A stretch of DNA of 64,000 nucleotides from Octopus sinensis (GCF_006345805.1 NC_042998.1:128774001-128838000), one strand, 5' to 3'; shown: positions 52,409-64,000, counted from the first letter of the stretch. Notes: generated by a model not told the origin, from the letters alone. Translations and numbers: made by a program.

Positions 52409-52795
52409 TCTCTCTCTATATAAACGGCAGTTTGTCTGTCTGTGTGTCTGTGTGTCTGTCAGGTTGTACCCTCACCCTGACCACGGCTTTCAACCGATTC
52501 TGATGAAACTTGACACACACATAGACCAATGTCATAATTCAAAACTAACGCAGCGAAAATTTTGAAAAGTTCCCCCAGTTCTGAAAAAAATCGATAAATT
52601 CGACATGGGGTCGAGAATCAGAAACACAAACCACAGACTGTCTAGGGGACGCAACTCGATCTTTTTAACTCTCCAAAAAAAATTTACCATCATTGTTTTT
52701 CCATTTTTTTGCTATTTTTTGGCTATAACTCTCTAAAAAAATGCTTTATAGTTATTTCCCTTACAAACCCGAGCAACACCGGGCGATACTGCTAG
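52409..52795 (+). mobile_element. Non-autonomous Helitron-like element A
   Basis: 5' TC, (GTCT)-type microsatellite, 3' cccgagcaacaccggg hairpin plus CTAG, then T. Confidence 0.7.
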
Positions 52796-53035
52796 TATAT
52801 ATATATATTATATCGGGGTTACCATTTTATAGCGGGTGTCGTTGGCTGTTCAAGTGCGTGTTATTAAATCTATCTATCTATCTATAGACATACATACATA
52901 CATACATACATACATACATACATACATACATACATACACACATACATACATATATTAGAATTTAAAAGTTTATTTTTATATCTTTCAATACATCTCAAAG
53001 CTTCTAAAACAAAGTTACGTTCATCCTAAGTTTTT

Positions 53036-53089
<54 letters not shown>

Positions 53090-53093
53090 TATA

Positions 53094-53608
53094 TCTCTCT
53101 ATATATAAACGGCAGTTTGTCTGTCTGTGTGTCTGTCAGGTTGTACCCTCACCCTGACCACGGCTTTCAACCGATTCTGATGAAACTTGACACACACATA
53201 GCCCAATGTCATAATTCAAAACTAACACAGCGAAAATTTTGTAAAGTTTCCCCCAGTTCTGAAAAAAATCGATAAATTCGACATGGGGTCGAGAATCTAA
53301 ACTTTTTATTTGCAACACATTTTCTGTTGTAGTTTTCGCAACTTGCAATCGATTTTCACTAAACTCATGGTGAAGCTTAATGTTACCCTAAGAAACTTAA
53401 TTCTGACGTTAGTTTTCCATGCAATACCTTACCATCAGAAAAAATCGATAAAATCATGCCATTTTGGAAAATCGCGTTCAAATTCAAGATGACATATTTT
53501 CGACAATATCTTACTCAAATTGGCAGGAATTTTTAAAAATTCACAGCGAGCATCATGTCTGCTCCAGGGGCTCTTACATACCCGGGCAATGCCGGGCTAT
53601 GCTGCTAG
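53094..53608 (+). mobile_element. Non-autonomous Helitron-like element B
   Basis: Same first ~200 bp as element A, different 3' part, cccgggcaatgccggg hairpin plus CTAG. Confidence 0.7.
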
Positions 53609-53660
53609 TATATATATATATATATGTATATATATGTATATATATATATATATATTATAT

Positions 53661-53710
<50 letters not shown>

Positions 53711-54332
53711 ATATATATATATTTATATGTATGTATATGGGGACACAATACACACACACACACACACGCACATACACAAAGATATAGAGAGGGGAGAAGA
53801 CCAGTTAAAAAAAACCAATCTCCATGCGTGTTGAATGGCCGTTTTTTTTTTTAAAGATAAAACAAGGACTTTTCTCCTTTGTACGAAAATAATGTAAGGC
53901 GAGCGAGATAAATGAAGTCTATCCCAAGGTCAGCGTGGTTAATACAAAACCATAAATAAGACAGTTGGAGGATGAAGTTTATTATGCTGCAATGTCCTTA
54001 TACTTTTTGCGAAAAAAAACCTTAGTCGGTGGTCTTCAATGCTGAGCTATAATCCTTTGCATCCTTATTTTACTTATTTCAGTCATGTGACTGCGTCCAT
54101 GCTGGAGCACTGCCTTTGGTCGAAAAAAATCGACCATAGGATTTATTCTTTGTAAGCATATTACTTATTCTATCAGTGTCTTTTGCCGACCCGCTAATTA
54201 TGGGAACGTAAACACAGCAACATCGGTTGTCAAGAAATGGTGGGGGTACAAGCATCCCCCACATATGTACACATATATACGACAGTCTTCTTTCTACACA
54301 TATGTATATGTATATATACATACATACATACA

Positions 54333-54380
<48 letters not shown>

Positions 54381-54469
54381 ATTTTAATCCAAAAGGGAAA
54401 CAAAAAAACAACAACAACAGGAACAATTACAGTATTATTATTAATAGGCGCTCAGGAGATGGAAGCAGG

Positions 54470-54510
54470 GAGGTATGACGTTTCGAGCGGAGCTCTTCGT
54501 CGGAAACATA
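54470..54510 (-). ncRNA. Hammerhead-like motif (imperfect) in a Penelope-like remnant (about 54425-54665)
   Basis: GTTT CCGACGA A GAGC TCC GCTC GAA ACGT C ATAC; extra A before stem II and one stem I mismatch. Confidence 0.4.
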
Positions 54511-54659
54511 AAGAAGGAAGAGAGAGGAAAGAAAGATCCCAGAGCGGGCAACAGGGAAAGAGAAAAAAGACGACTGGTGTTTACGAGTTGCACATGGTGA
54601 AAGGCGGATGTTGACGAAACAAGAGCAAAGTGGGTTTTTAAAGGCAAAAGAGTGGAGAC

Positions 54660-54664
54660 AAGGT

Positions 54665-54702
<38 letters not shown>

Positions 54703-54954
54703 ATATATATATATATATAATATATATATATATATTATATATATATATATATACATACATACATATATACATATACACAAACATATTCATATATATACGC
54801 ATATATACATACATTTATACAAATATATATACATACATATATATATACATAAATATACATACATAAATATATATATACGTAAATATATATGTACATAAAT
54901 ATATATATACATACATATGTATACATACATAAATATATATATATATATGCATAG

Positions 54955-55018
<64 letters not shown>

Positions 55019-55034
55019 ACACAGACACATATAT

Positions 55035-55093
<59 letters not shown>

Positions 55094-55166
55094 CGCACAC
55101 ACACAAAGATATAGATATATATGTACAAACATGTACATAAATACATATGAAAGTAATAGAAATGTA

Positions 55167-55197
<31 letters not shown>

Positions 55198-55200
55198 GAG
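54660..55200. repeat. Long compound (TA)n/(CA)n/(TACA)n microsatellite
   Basis: Directly visible; source of many I/Y/C/V-only ORFs. Similar tracts at 22.5, 53.6, 58.3 and 58.6 kb. Confidence 0.95.
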
Positions 55201-55689
55201 AGAGATACATAATGAAAATAATTGAAATTGAAACCATATAATAGTGAAAGTATTAATAGGGATGTTATTGTTTGGATCTTTTCTTTTTGAAAGCCAGATT
55301 TTCCTAGTCAACTAGACAATTTGAAACTTCGTATACTGGTAGAATGTGTCAAAAGAAAACATAATTGTTAACCAAAATGAAAACGGAATTGTAATTTCTA
55401 AGTTTGACGTTGTTTAAAAATTCGAATTTTAACCAATGATATTCTTTCTTTCGGCCTCATATTATTTACTGCTTCTCAAAATATTGTTACTGTGACGTCT
55501 TTTGACATGTGATACGGAAACTGTAAGAGACAAGAGATTGCTCCGGGCTCGCATTAGGTTAGAAGTTGAAATGTTTTTTGCCTGTGACACTGTATGGACC
55601 CTAAGAAAGGCATGTGTAAAATTTGAATGAAATCCGTTGGGTACTTCTCAAGTTTTAGTGATGCAGACAGACAGACATACATTCTCAGT

Positions 55690-55721
<32 letters not shown>

Positions 55722-55752
55722 CATACATACATACATACATACATACATACAT

Positions 55753-55783
<31 letters not shown>

Positions 55784-58270
55784 CACACACACATTCTGTT
55801 ACTTGTTTAAGTCGTTTGACTGCGGCCATGCTGGAGCACCGCCTTTAATCGGAGAAATCTACCCCAGAACTTATTCTTTGTAAGCCTATCGGTTATTTTG
55901 CCGAACCGCTAGGTTAGGTTGCGCGGACGTAAACGCACCAACTTCGTTTGTCAAGTGATGGTAGCGCCCCCCCTACATACCCATATTTAGTTCGCATTTG
56001 AAATTTTGTTTCCATGTTCAGCTTATTGAAGATGAAAATGTAATTACAAATGCGAACAAAATTTTATAAACTTCAAACGCAAATGAAATATAAATATATA
56101 CGAAAAGAAATATATACTGTATAGATGCTGTGGGGGTAAGAAGTTTGTATCTAAACGACATGGTTTAGGGTGCAGTCGTACTGCATAGCAAATTAGGCAA
56201 GTGTCTTCTACAGTTGCTCTGGGTCAATCAAAGCCTTGGGAGAGAATTCGGTGGACGGAAACTGAAAGAAACTCGTCGTATACATCTATATAGGTATACT
56301 CTCTTTTACTTGTTTCAGTCATTTGACTGCGGCCATGCTGGAGCACCGCCTTTAGTCGAGCAAATCGACCCCGGGACTTATTCTTTGTAAGCCCAGTACT
56401 TATTCTATCGGTCTCTTTTGCCGAACCGCTAAGTGACGGGGACGTAAACACACCAGCATCGGTTGTCAAGCAATGCTAGGGGGACAAACACACACACACA
56501 CAAACACATACACATATATACGACAGGCTTCTTTCAGTTTCCGTCTACCAAATCCACTCACAAGGCATTGGTCGGCCCGGGGCTATAGCAGAAGACACTT
56601 GCCCAAGATGCCACGCAGTGGGACTGAACCCGGAACCATGTGGTTGGTAAGCAAGCAACTTGTGTTTGTTCCTCTAGCCACTGGCGGACACAGGGGGGGG
56701 GGGTTACGTGCCCTTCCTCAAGAAAAGAAGCGTGCCCTTCTAAATAATGTTATTACGCCATTTTATCATGGAAATATAATTCCTTCTGACCTTGTGTCCT
56801 CCCTTCGAAAACATTCTGGGACCGCTCCTACTAGCTACCGATTGACGACCAGTGTCGGTGTGTTTAAAAAATAAATAAATGTTCCTTCTCGAGCGATGCC
56901 AGGCTCATAAGGGCCGTTTTCCTGGTTTCAGTGGCGTAGAAATTCCCCACCTGGACGGGACTCCGGTCCGTCGCAAGGTTACTCATTTTTGCCAGCTGAG
57001 TGGACTTGGGGCAACATGAAATGAAGCGTTTTGCTCAAGAGCACAACGCATTGCACGGTTCAGCAATCGAAACCACAACCTTACGATCATGAGTTCAACA
57101 CCCTAAACACTAAGCCACGCGCCTCCTCGTCGGTGTGTTTACGTGTCCATAAATTAGCGGTTTGGCAAAAGTAAACAATAAGTACGGGACTGAAAAAAAA
57201 TGTACTGAGGTCAATTTGTTCAGCTAAACCCTTCAGGCTGTGCCCCAGCATTAAAAGATAAAAGGTAGCAATAAATCGTTTATCTCTAATAAGTTTTTGA
57301 TAAAAAAAAAAAATAATAATTAAAAAAAAAGTTAATGCTGATTCCGAATGCCTGATGTTCAAACACTAAAACCTTTAATACCGCATTATAAAAGATAAGA
57401 AAAACGGTTTTTAATCTTAATTCTTTTTGCTATATAGGCTAATAAAAAGTTTATAGAAGTAACGCTTAGGCAAATAAATACTCAACTTGCACTGACGTAA
57501 GCTAAAATTCAATAAGTTGTGATTGTGTAAGAGGAAAAAAATGTATGACTTTAAAAGAAGGAAACTTCTTCAATTTTCAATATCAACGGGTTCAATGTCG
57601 CTTAGAGAGGTCCTGTTTCCGCAAATTGACGCTCCAATGTGAGAAACTAATTATTCACCCTTCCAAATAAGAGGCCGTCTTAGAGAAGGAAGCAACCTAG
57701 TTTTGATTCTCGACTTAATATTTTTCGCCACAGGCAAGACGTTAACGTTATTGAGAACGGTATTTCGTAACAATGTAATTTCCTGGTTTTGAGAACTCTG
57801 AAGTTTTGTTTCTACGATAACTAAATAGATGAGAATATCAGAGAATGCGTACCCAAGGGATTTTATTTGTAGTTAATATATTTCGCTTACGTCTTACTTA
57901 AGAAGTGAATGAAATTCGTATGTAATACAAAATTTTGTCCGCCTTATAAATTTGTGTTCAAATTCCGCCAAAGTCAGCTTAATTATTCATCCTTTCGAGG
58001 CGGATAAAATAAAAACCAGCTGAGCATTGGGGCCAGTGATATCGACCCGTATTTCCCCAACAAATTTCAGGCCTAGCGACGATTGTAGAAATATATCAAT
58101 TATAATTGGTTATAAAATCTCGACAACCTTTTAATAGTCTGGAACTGATTTCGATTACGGTCTGTAAATATTTCTTAAGGGCAGCAACGTAACAAAATGC
58201 ATAAACATCCGAAACCTAGTAGCAAGTCAAAATATATCCGTGTTTCATTATTTATGCAATCATTTCATAT

Positions 58271-58352
<82 letters not shown>

Positions 58353-58572
58353 ATATGTGTGTGCGCAAATGTGTGTGTGTGTATATATATATATATGAAA
58401 AATAATATATATGTATATATATATATAAAATGAGATAGGGGTTGTAAATTCAACCCTCCATGGATAACATATATCCAATATACTGCTAGAGAGGTACCCA
58501 ACAAAACTAATACATAAATGTTAAAAATTGCGATGCAATTAATTCATCTACTGTATTATGTGGGCAAGGGTA

Positions 58573-58656
<84 letters not shown>

Positions 58657-58682
58657 TATATAGATATATATATATATATTAT

Positions 58683-59563
58683 ATAAAAGGGCTTAGTAAA
58701 ATAAATTACTTTGCCGCATACTGAACTCATTAGAAATAGCAGCTAAAAAACTTTTTTAAAGCTATTTCTAATACTTAAAGAAAATCTCTCTCATATATAG
58801 TGTTTGCTTAATTCAACTCACAAAAGTTTGGGGGTAAGGACATCGAAAAATCAAATGCTAAGGTTATTTGAGACGTACGTTTCAAGATTAGTCAAAACAA
58901 CACTTCTATCATCAGCTCAGAAATTCCTTGGTTTGGATTTGGAAACACTGAAAATAAGAACATACCCTTTCGAAGATCTGCTCGTAACTAACAGTGCCAA
59001 CAAATTCAAATAAGCAAGCGAAGAATCTCTGTTCTCCCCTTTCCACCAGCGTGGGTTAAAATCATCAAACACTATGCTTATTTCGGTAAAATCCGAAGCA
59101 TTAATCAGAGGGAGATTAATTATAATTTCAACAATTGAGGGCAAAATTAATTAATTATTAATCAATTTCACCAAGTGTTCAGTATGCAAAGGGACCATTC
59201 AAGGCGAATTCAAATTATTACATTATATAAAAGGGCTTAGTAAAATAAATTACTTTGCCGCATACTGAACTCATTAGAAATAGCAGCTAAAAAACTTTTT
59301 TAAAGCTATTTCTATACTTAAAGAAAATCTCTCTCATATATAGTGTTTGCTTAATTCAACTCACAAAAGTTTGGGGGTAAGGACATCGAAAAATCAAATG
59401 CTAAGGTTATTTGAGAACGTACGTTTCAAGATTAGTCAAAACAACACTTCTATCATCAGCTCAGAAATTCCTTGGTTTGGATTTGGAAACACTGAAAATA
59501 AGAACATACCCTTTCGAAGATCTGCTCGTAACTAACAGTGCCAACAAATTCAAATAAGCAAGC
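58683..59563 (-). mobile_element. Partial tandem (544-bp period, about 1.6 units) Penelope-like/retrozyme-like repeat
   Basis: 58683-59017 matches 59227-59563; each unit carries a hammerhead motif. Confidence 0.7.
59412..59463 (-). ncRNA. Type I hammerhead ribozyme fold (second copy at 58869-58919 with a 1-nt deletion)
   Basis: TGAG CTGATGA [TAGAAGTGTTGTTTTGACTAATCTT] GAA ACGTACGT T CTCA: canonical core, palindromic stem III, 4-bp stem I. Confidence 0.7.
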
Positions 59564-59615
59564 CCTATCAGTATTTGCAAAGGGAAGCCATCCTTCCCGT
59601 CTTCAACTTATGATA

Positions 59616-59660
59616 CACACGGACTCGAGTTTCTGAGTATTGACCCGTCATCGGCGTGTG
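59616..59660 (-). ncRNA. Type I hammerhead ribozyme fold (U4C variant)
   Basis: CACACG CCGATGA C GGGT CAAT ACTC A GAA ACTCGAGT C CGTGTG: 6-bp stem I, palindromic stem III, GUC triplet. Confidence 0.7.
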
Positions 59661-59868
59661 ACAATCACAGTTGTCGATGAAAAGTAGGTTCCCTTAGCAA
59701 ACACTTATCCCTTTTCCAGTATCGTAAAGACACTGATATCGAAAAGGTGTAATCAAGCAATAATAAATCTTAGAGCGAGTTATAAACAGTAGCTGCAACA
59801 CATCGTGACATATATATATATATATGCATATATACATGCGTATATGTACGTACTTAATCTACACACAT

Positions 59869-59910
<42 letters not shown>

Positions 59911-60922
59911 GGGCGCAGGACGTCATGAAAAATATACGAAGTACGAGTATATGGAATATGAACTATTTCTTCGAACAACGAAAAACACAAATGGACAACA
60001 AATCAAACAACATAAAGAACGATCCTTCATCAGTTGGCTGTTTTTCTACTCTTGTATTTCGAGCATTTAACAACAATATACGCTTTCGATGAAACAGCTA
60101 CTCCCGCAAAGAAAATTAAATAAAATTTGGGATTTTGCGAAGGGTCAAAATTGGTAACACAAACAAGACAGTGAAAACAAACAGGAAGGGCTGAAAAGCC
60201 TAAACGAGGTTGTGGTGGCGAACGCGTAAATCAAGCTTGGACAGGAGACAGACAAGAACACATCTTCCTTGTTCCAGCTACAACGGAGAGAAAGAAACAC
60301 AAGTTAGGAGAAGAAAGAAGGATGGCCAATGGTCATGTGGGAGCCACGTGAGCAAGGGAGGAGGAGTGAGGGAGAGTCAGTGACAGAGTAATAGGATAGA
60401 ATAGTGGGAGAAGAGGAGGTAAAAGAATAAGAGAGAGAAAAACGAAAGAGTAAAAAGATCGTATAGAGTGCGCATCAGAATTATTAAGATAAAACTTACT
60501 TGGAAGAGGATGTGTGTCGTTCAGTAATATAATATAATATAATATAATATATATATATATATATATATTATATATAAACAATGATAAATCTCAGAGCGAG
60601 TTATAAACAGTAGCAGCAACACATCGTGACGTATATTTGCCATTTGAATATGGCTAACCCCTAAGGGTGGATGCTACTGTAGTTTGTAGCCCCAGGAGGA
60701 CACCTCCTCCAGCTGGCTATAGACACACTTTCTGTGCCCTATCAGTATTTGCCATATTCAAATGGCAAATATACGTCACGATGTGTTGCTGCTACTGTTT
60801 ATAACTCGCTCTGAGATTTATCATTGTTTGATTTCACTTTTTCAATATCAGTGTCAATTGATACTGGAAAAAGTATATGTATTTGTGAAGGGAACCTACT
60901 TCTCATCGACAACTATGATTGT

Positions 60923-60967
60923 CACACGCCGATGACGGGTCAATACTCTGAAACTCGAGTCCGTGTG
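60923..60967 (+). ncRNA. Type I hammerhead ribozyme fold, inverted copy of 59616-59660
   Basis: CACACG CCGATGA CGGGTCAATACTCT GAA ACTCGAGT C CGTGTG. Confidence 0.7.
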
Positions 60968-61033
60968 TATCATAAGTTGAAGACGGGAAAGATGGCTTCC
61001 CTTTGGCAAATACTGATAGGGCACAGATATATA

Positions 61034-62004
61034 CCGTAAATCCTAGAGTATAATCCGCATTTTCCCCCAAAATTTAAAGGTCAAAATCCCTAGTGCGTAT
61101 TATATACGAGGTTAAAAATGAAAAATATTTTCTAAGCAATGTCCGAGTCTCTATTTGCTGTCCGGCAATGTTTATTCAGACGCATTTTGTGATGTCGGGT
61201 GCGAAAATACCTTAAGCTAAGCCTAAAAGCAATGAAGTCATAAAAGAATCATCCATAATGTGCAGTAAGCAACATTAATTAAAATAAAAGTATTCAGAAC
61301 ACAGAATAACATGTAACAAAAACAATTTGCAAACATATTTATATCCCCATATAACAGTTAAGAACATCACCATTATTGTATTACGCATGCGCGGAAGTGT
61401 TTGTTCGACTAGGTGCTGCTGGCTTAATTACGTACGAATTGTGCTTAATAGTTTAGCACTAAATAGTTCATCCTACTGTTTGTATTGGCAGTTTACATCA
61501 TTACCGTGGCAAACAATAGATACTTAATTAAATACCAGTATTAAATGTTTCAACTACTGTGGGTCTTTACTAGGGTTTTTTTTATAAGCGGGACTTAAAC
61601 CTGTACATTAATCTCCAATAAAACATTTTATACATTACATGCCCATAAAATGCCTCGTAGACCTTATTCAGCTATGTTTTAACCTGAAGTTATATCATAT
61701 GCTGAAGAGCATGGTAATAGGCTCTCCGGAAGAAGATTTGATGTTGACGAAAGCAATGTCAGGTTATGGAGAAGAAATAAAGATGAAATTAAACAGATGC
61801 CAAAGATAAAGAAGGTAAGAAGGCAATAATAAAGGACGTTACCGTATACATTTTTACAAACCAAGGACGTTATATAGACCTCCTTGACACAAGTTACAGA
61901 AGGGTTGCGTATTATATACAAGGTTTAAGTTTTTCAGAGGTACAGCCCCCTAAAAATCCCCTGAGTATTATACTCAAGGGTGGACTATACTCGAGGATAT
62001 ACGG
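61034..62004 (+). mobile_element. Internally deleted pogo/Tigger-type DNA transposon with a Brinker-DBD fragment
   Basis: TA|CCGTAAATCCTAGAGTATAATCC ... GGACTATACTCGAGGATATACGG|TA. From 61650: MPRRPYSAMF/..VISYAEEHGNRLSGRRFDVDESNVRLWRRNK, frameshifted. Confidence 0.8.
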
Positions 62005-62051
62005 TATATATATATATACTTTATTTAAAAGCAGCAGAAATATAACAAAAG

Positions 62052-62089
62052 CTGTTACTCAGAGTTTCACGCTCCCGTTCGTCGGACAG
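62052..62089 (-). ncRNA. Minimal type I hammerhead ribozyme fold (U4C variant) in a Penelope-like remnant
   Basis: CTGT CCGACGA ACG GGAG CGT GAA ACTC T GAGT A ACAG: all three stems pair, GUA triplet. Confidence 0.7.
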
Positions 62090-63469
62090 TTTTGTTAAAT
62101 TAGAACAGAAATAACAATATGTTCAAAACTAGTTAAAGGATACACCTTTAAAAATGGATTTGTTTCATTAGTCCTTTCAAATAACGGTCTTAAGCATGCG
62201 ATAAACAAAATAAATACATTCAATATAAATTATAAATTATAAAAATCGAGGAAAAACCTAAAATCGAAGAGTGGATTCAAAATACATATTGTCATTAATT
62301 ATATATGAATATAATTCGATTTATACATTAAAAATTAAAATATTTCACAACAGTATATACGCATACAATATACGCATCAATATACATATATACATCAAAA
62401 TACACAGATACCTGTACACAGACCACATACATATGCAGACATATATATGCAAGACGTAAATATACACACAAATACACATATACATATGTATACGCAATCT
62501 GCCCGCATGCAAAAATCACTTGGTGTATACATATAGACAAGTAAAACGCAGAGAGGGGGAATAAAAATAAAAATAAAAGGTAACGATCTTATAAGCAACA
62601 GATAGCTAAAGAAGTGAGTAAGAGCAGGGGAGGGGCCTAAAGTTACAGGACTCTATACAAGTAACGAATAGGGGGAGAAAAATAACGTCCATAATGCCTC
62701 TTGAGCCATATCAAAATGAACAACTTTGAATTACGCGGCGGCGGTGGTGGTGGTGGTGTGAGGTTCTAATTTTTTTTCTGATCTCTCTTTGCCCCCCTAG
62801 ATGGAGGTGTGGTGGGGAGACAGATGAAAGATGTTTCATTCTCTTATATATTATATATATATATTATATATATATATATATATATATTTCTTAAACCTAC
62901 ACGATATAGTCTATAAATTTGGGATGTTTTTGAAAGATAATATATTTTGTCATCAGAATATATATACTTTCTCACACTACAATTAAGATATATTTATTTT
63001 AAATCGTTCATCTTTTCCCGCGACAACAAAAATTGGGCGCGAAAATTTTTCTAAATATTAGCGGAATGAACAACTGAGATAAAGAGGGGGCAAAGAGAGA
63101 TCAGAAAAAAAAATTAGAACCTCACACACCACCGCCGCCGCGTAATTCAAAGTTGTTCATTTTGATATGGCTCAAGAGGCATTATGGACTTTTAAATGGA
63201 GATTGAGAAAATTGTTTCAATTAGAAAAGCAACATTTCTAGAAAATAGTAAATTGAAGTGTGAACACAGCACCTTACAGAGTATAAGTATATGACATTTA
63301 TTTTTAAAATTTAACTTCATTTGTTTTATATTCTAAATAATTTGCAATTTCAAAAAATATATTAATTTTGCGTTTTTTAATTTGATAAATTCTACGGAAT
63401 AATTTTGCGCGTTTTTTGATAAATTCTACGGAAAGAATTTAGTGCGAAAAATTTATACATTTATACACA

Positions 63470-63888
63470 AAGACCTGTTGAGGCAAGCGAAGTTGATATC
63501 GAACCTCATCCCACGACAGGCACCCACGCCAACCCCCTTTGCTTGCGAAGACATGTTGGGGCAAGTGTGGCACCCGGCAAATGCCAGGACCCCTGGACTG
63601 GTGGTACGTAAAAAGCACTATCCGAATCGTGGCCGATGCCAGAGCCGCCTCGACTGGCACCAATCCGACCGTGGCCGTTGCCAGCCTCTCCTGGCACCTG
63701 TGCGGGTGGCATGTAAAAAGCACCCACTACACTCTCGGAGTGGTTGGCGTTAGGAAGGGCATCCAGCTGTAGAAACATTGCCAGATAAGACTGGAGTCTG
63801 GTGCAGCCTTCTGGCTTCCCAGATCCCCGGTCGAACCGTCCAACCCATGCTGGCATGGAGAACGGACGTTAAACGATGATGATGATGA
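63470..63888 (+). mobile_element. Young RTE-tailed element copy with CpGs intact
   Basis: Ends ggacgttaaacgatgatgatgatg; same family as 5263-5600. Confidence 0.85.
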
Positions 63889-64000
63889 GAAGAAATTAAT
63901 TCATTAAGTTTACCAAATTATATACGTCTGTAAAAAAAAAAAAAGTTTCACAAATTATATACGTTCGCGTTTGTGTAGAAAAAATTATTAACCAAGTTTT

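Noticed and set aside
54735-55311. Long I/Y/C/V-rich ORFs here and at other (TA)n/(CA)n tracts
   Set aside because: Translations of microsatellites.
58917-59144. ORF as a Penelope GIY-YIG endonuclease C-terminus
   Set aside because: Only a vague F.P resemblance with no GIY/YIG motif; it cannot be supported without a profile search.
60024-60066. Possible type II hammerhead (GAAA upstream of CTGATGA, minus strand)
   Set aside because: Stem I and the A15.1-U16.1 pair do not form in this copy; at best a relic.

Overview
AT-rich eukaryotic genomic DNA, very probably an octopus (inferred from the repeat families and microsatellite load). One protein-coding gene is supported: a complete SERAC1 orthologue on the minus strand. 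It has 15 coding exons, 33973->3352, joining in frame to 649 aa with the GHSMG lipase motif, and a likely CpG-richer promoter near 38.1-38.7 kb. The rest is repeats: tRNA-derived and RTE-tailed SINEs, RTE, L1/Tx1, CR1 and R4/Dong LINE fragments, mariner/maT/pogo remnants, Helitron-like elements, a dead Ty3/Gypsy with a nested solo LTR, and a 5S rRNA pseudogene. The most interesting signals are two. First, a cluster of type I hammerhead-ribozyme folds from several unrelated Penelope-like repeat families at 54-62 kb, in tandem and inverted layouts, with relics at 22.3 and 34.1 kb. Second, a 1.3-kb fold-back element with ~337-bp near-identical inverted arms flanked by an unusually long 18-bp direct repeat. 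All calls were made by eye with no database searches; repeat boundaries are approximate.
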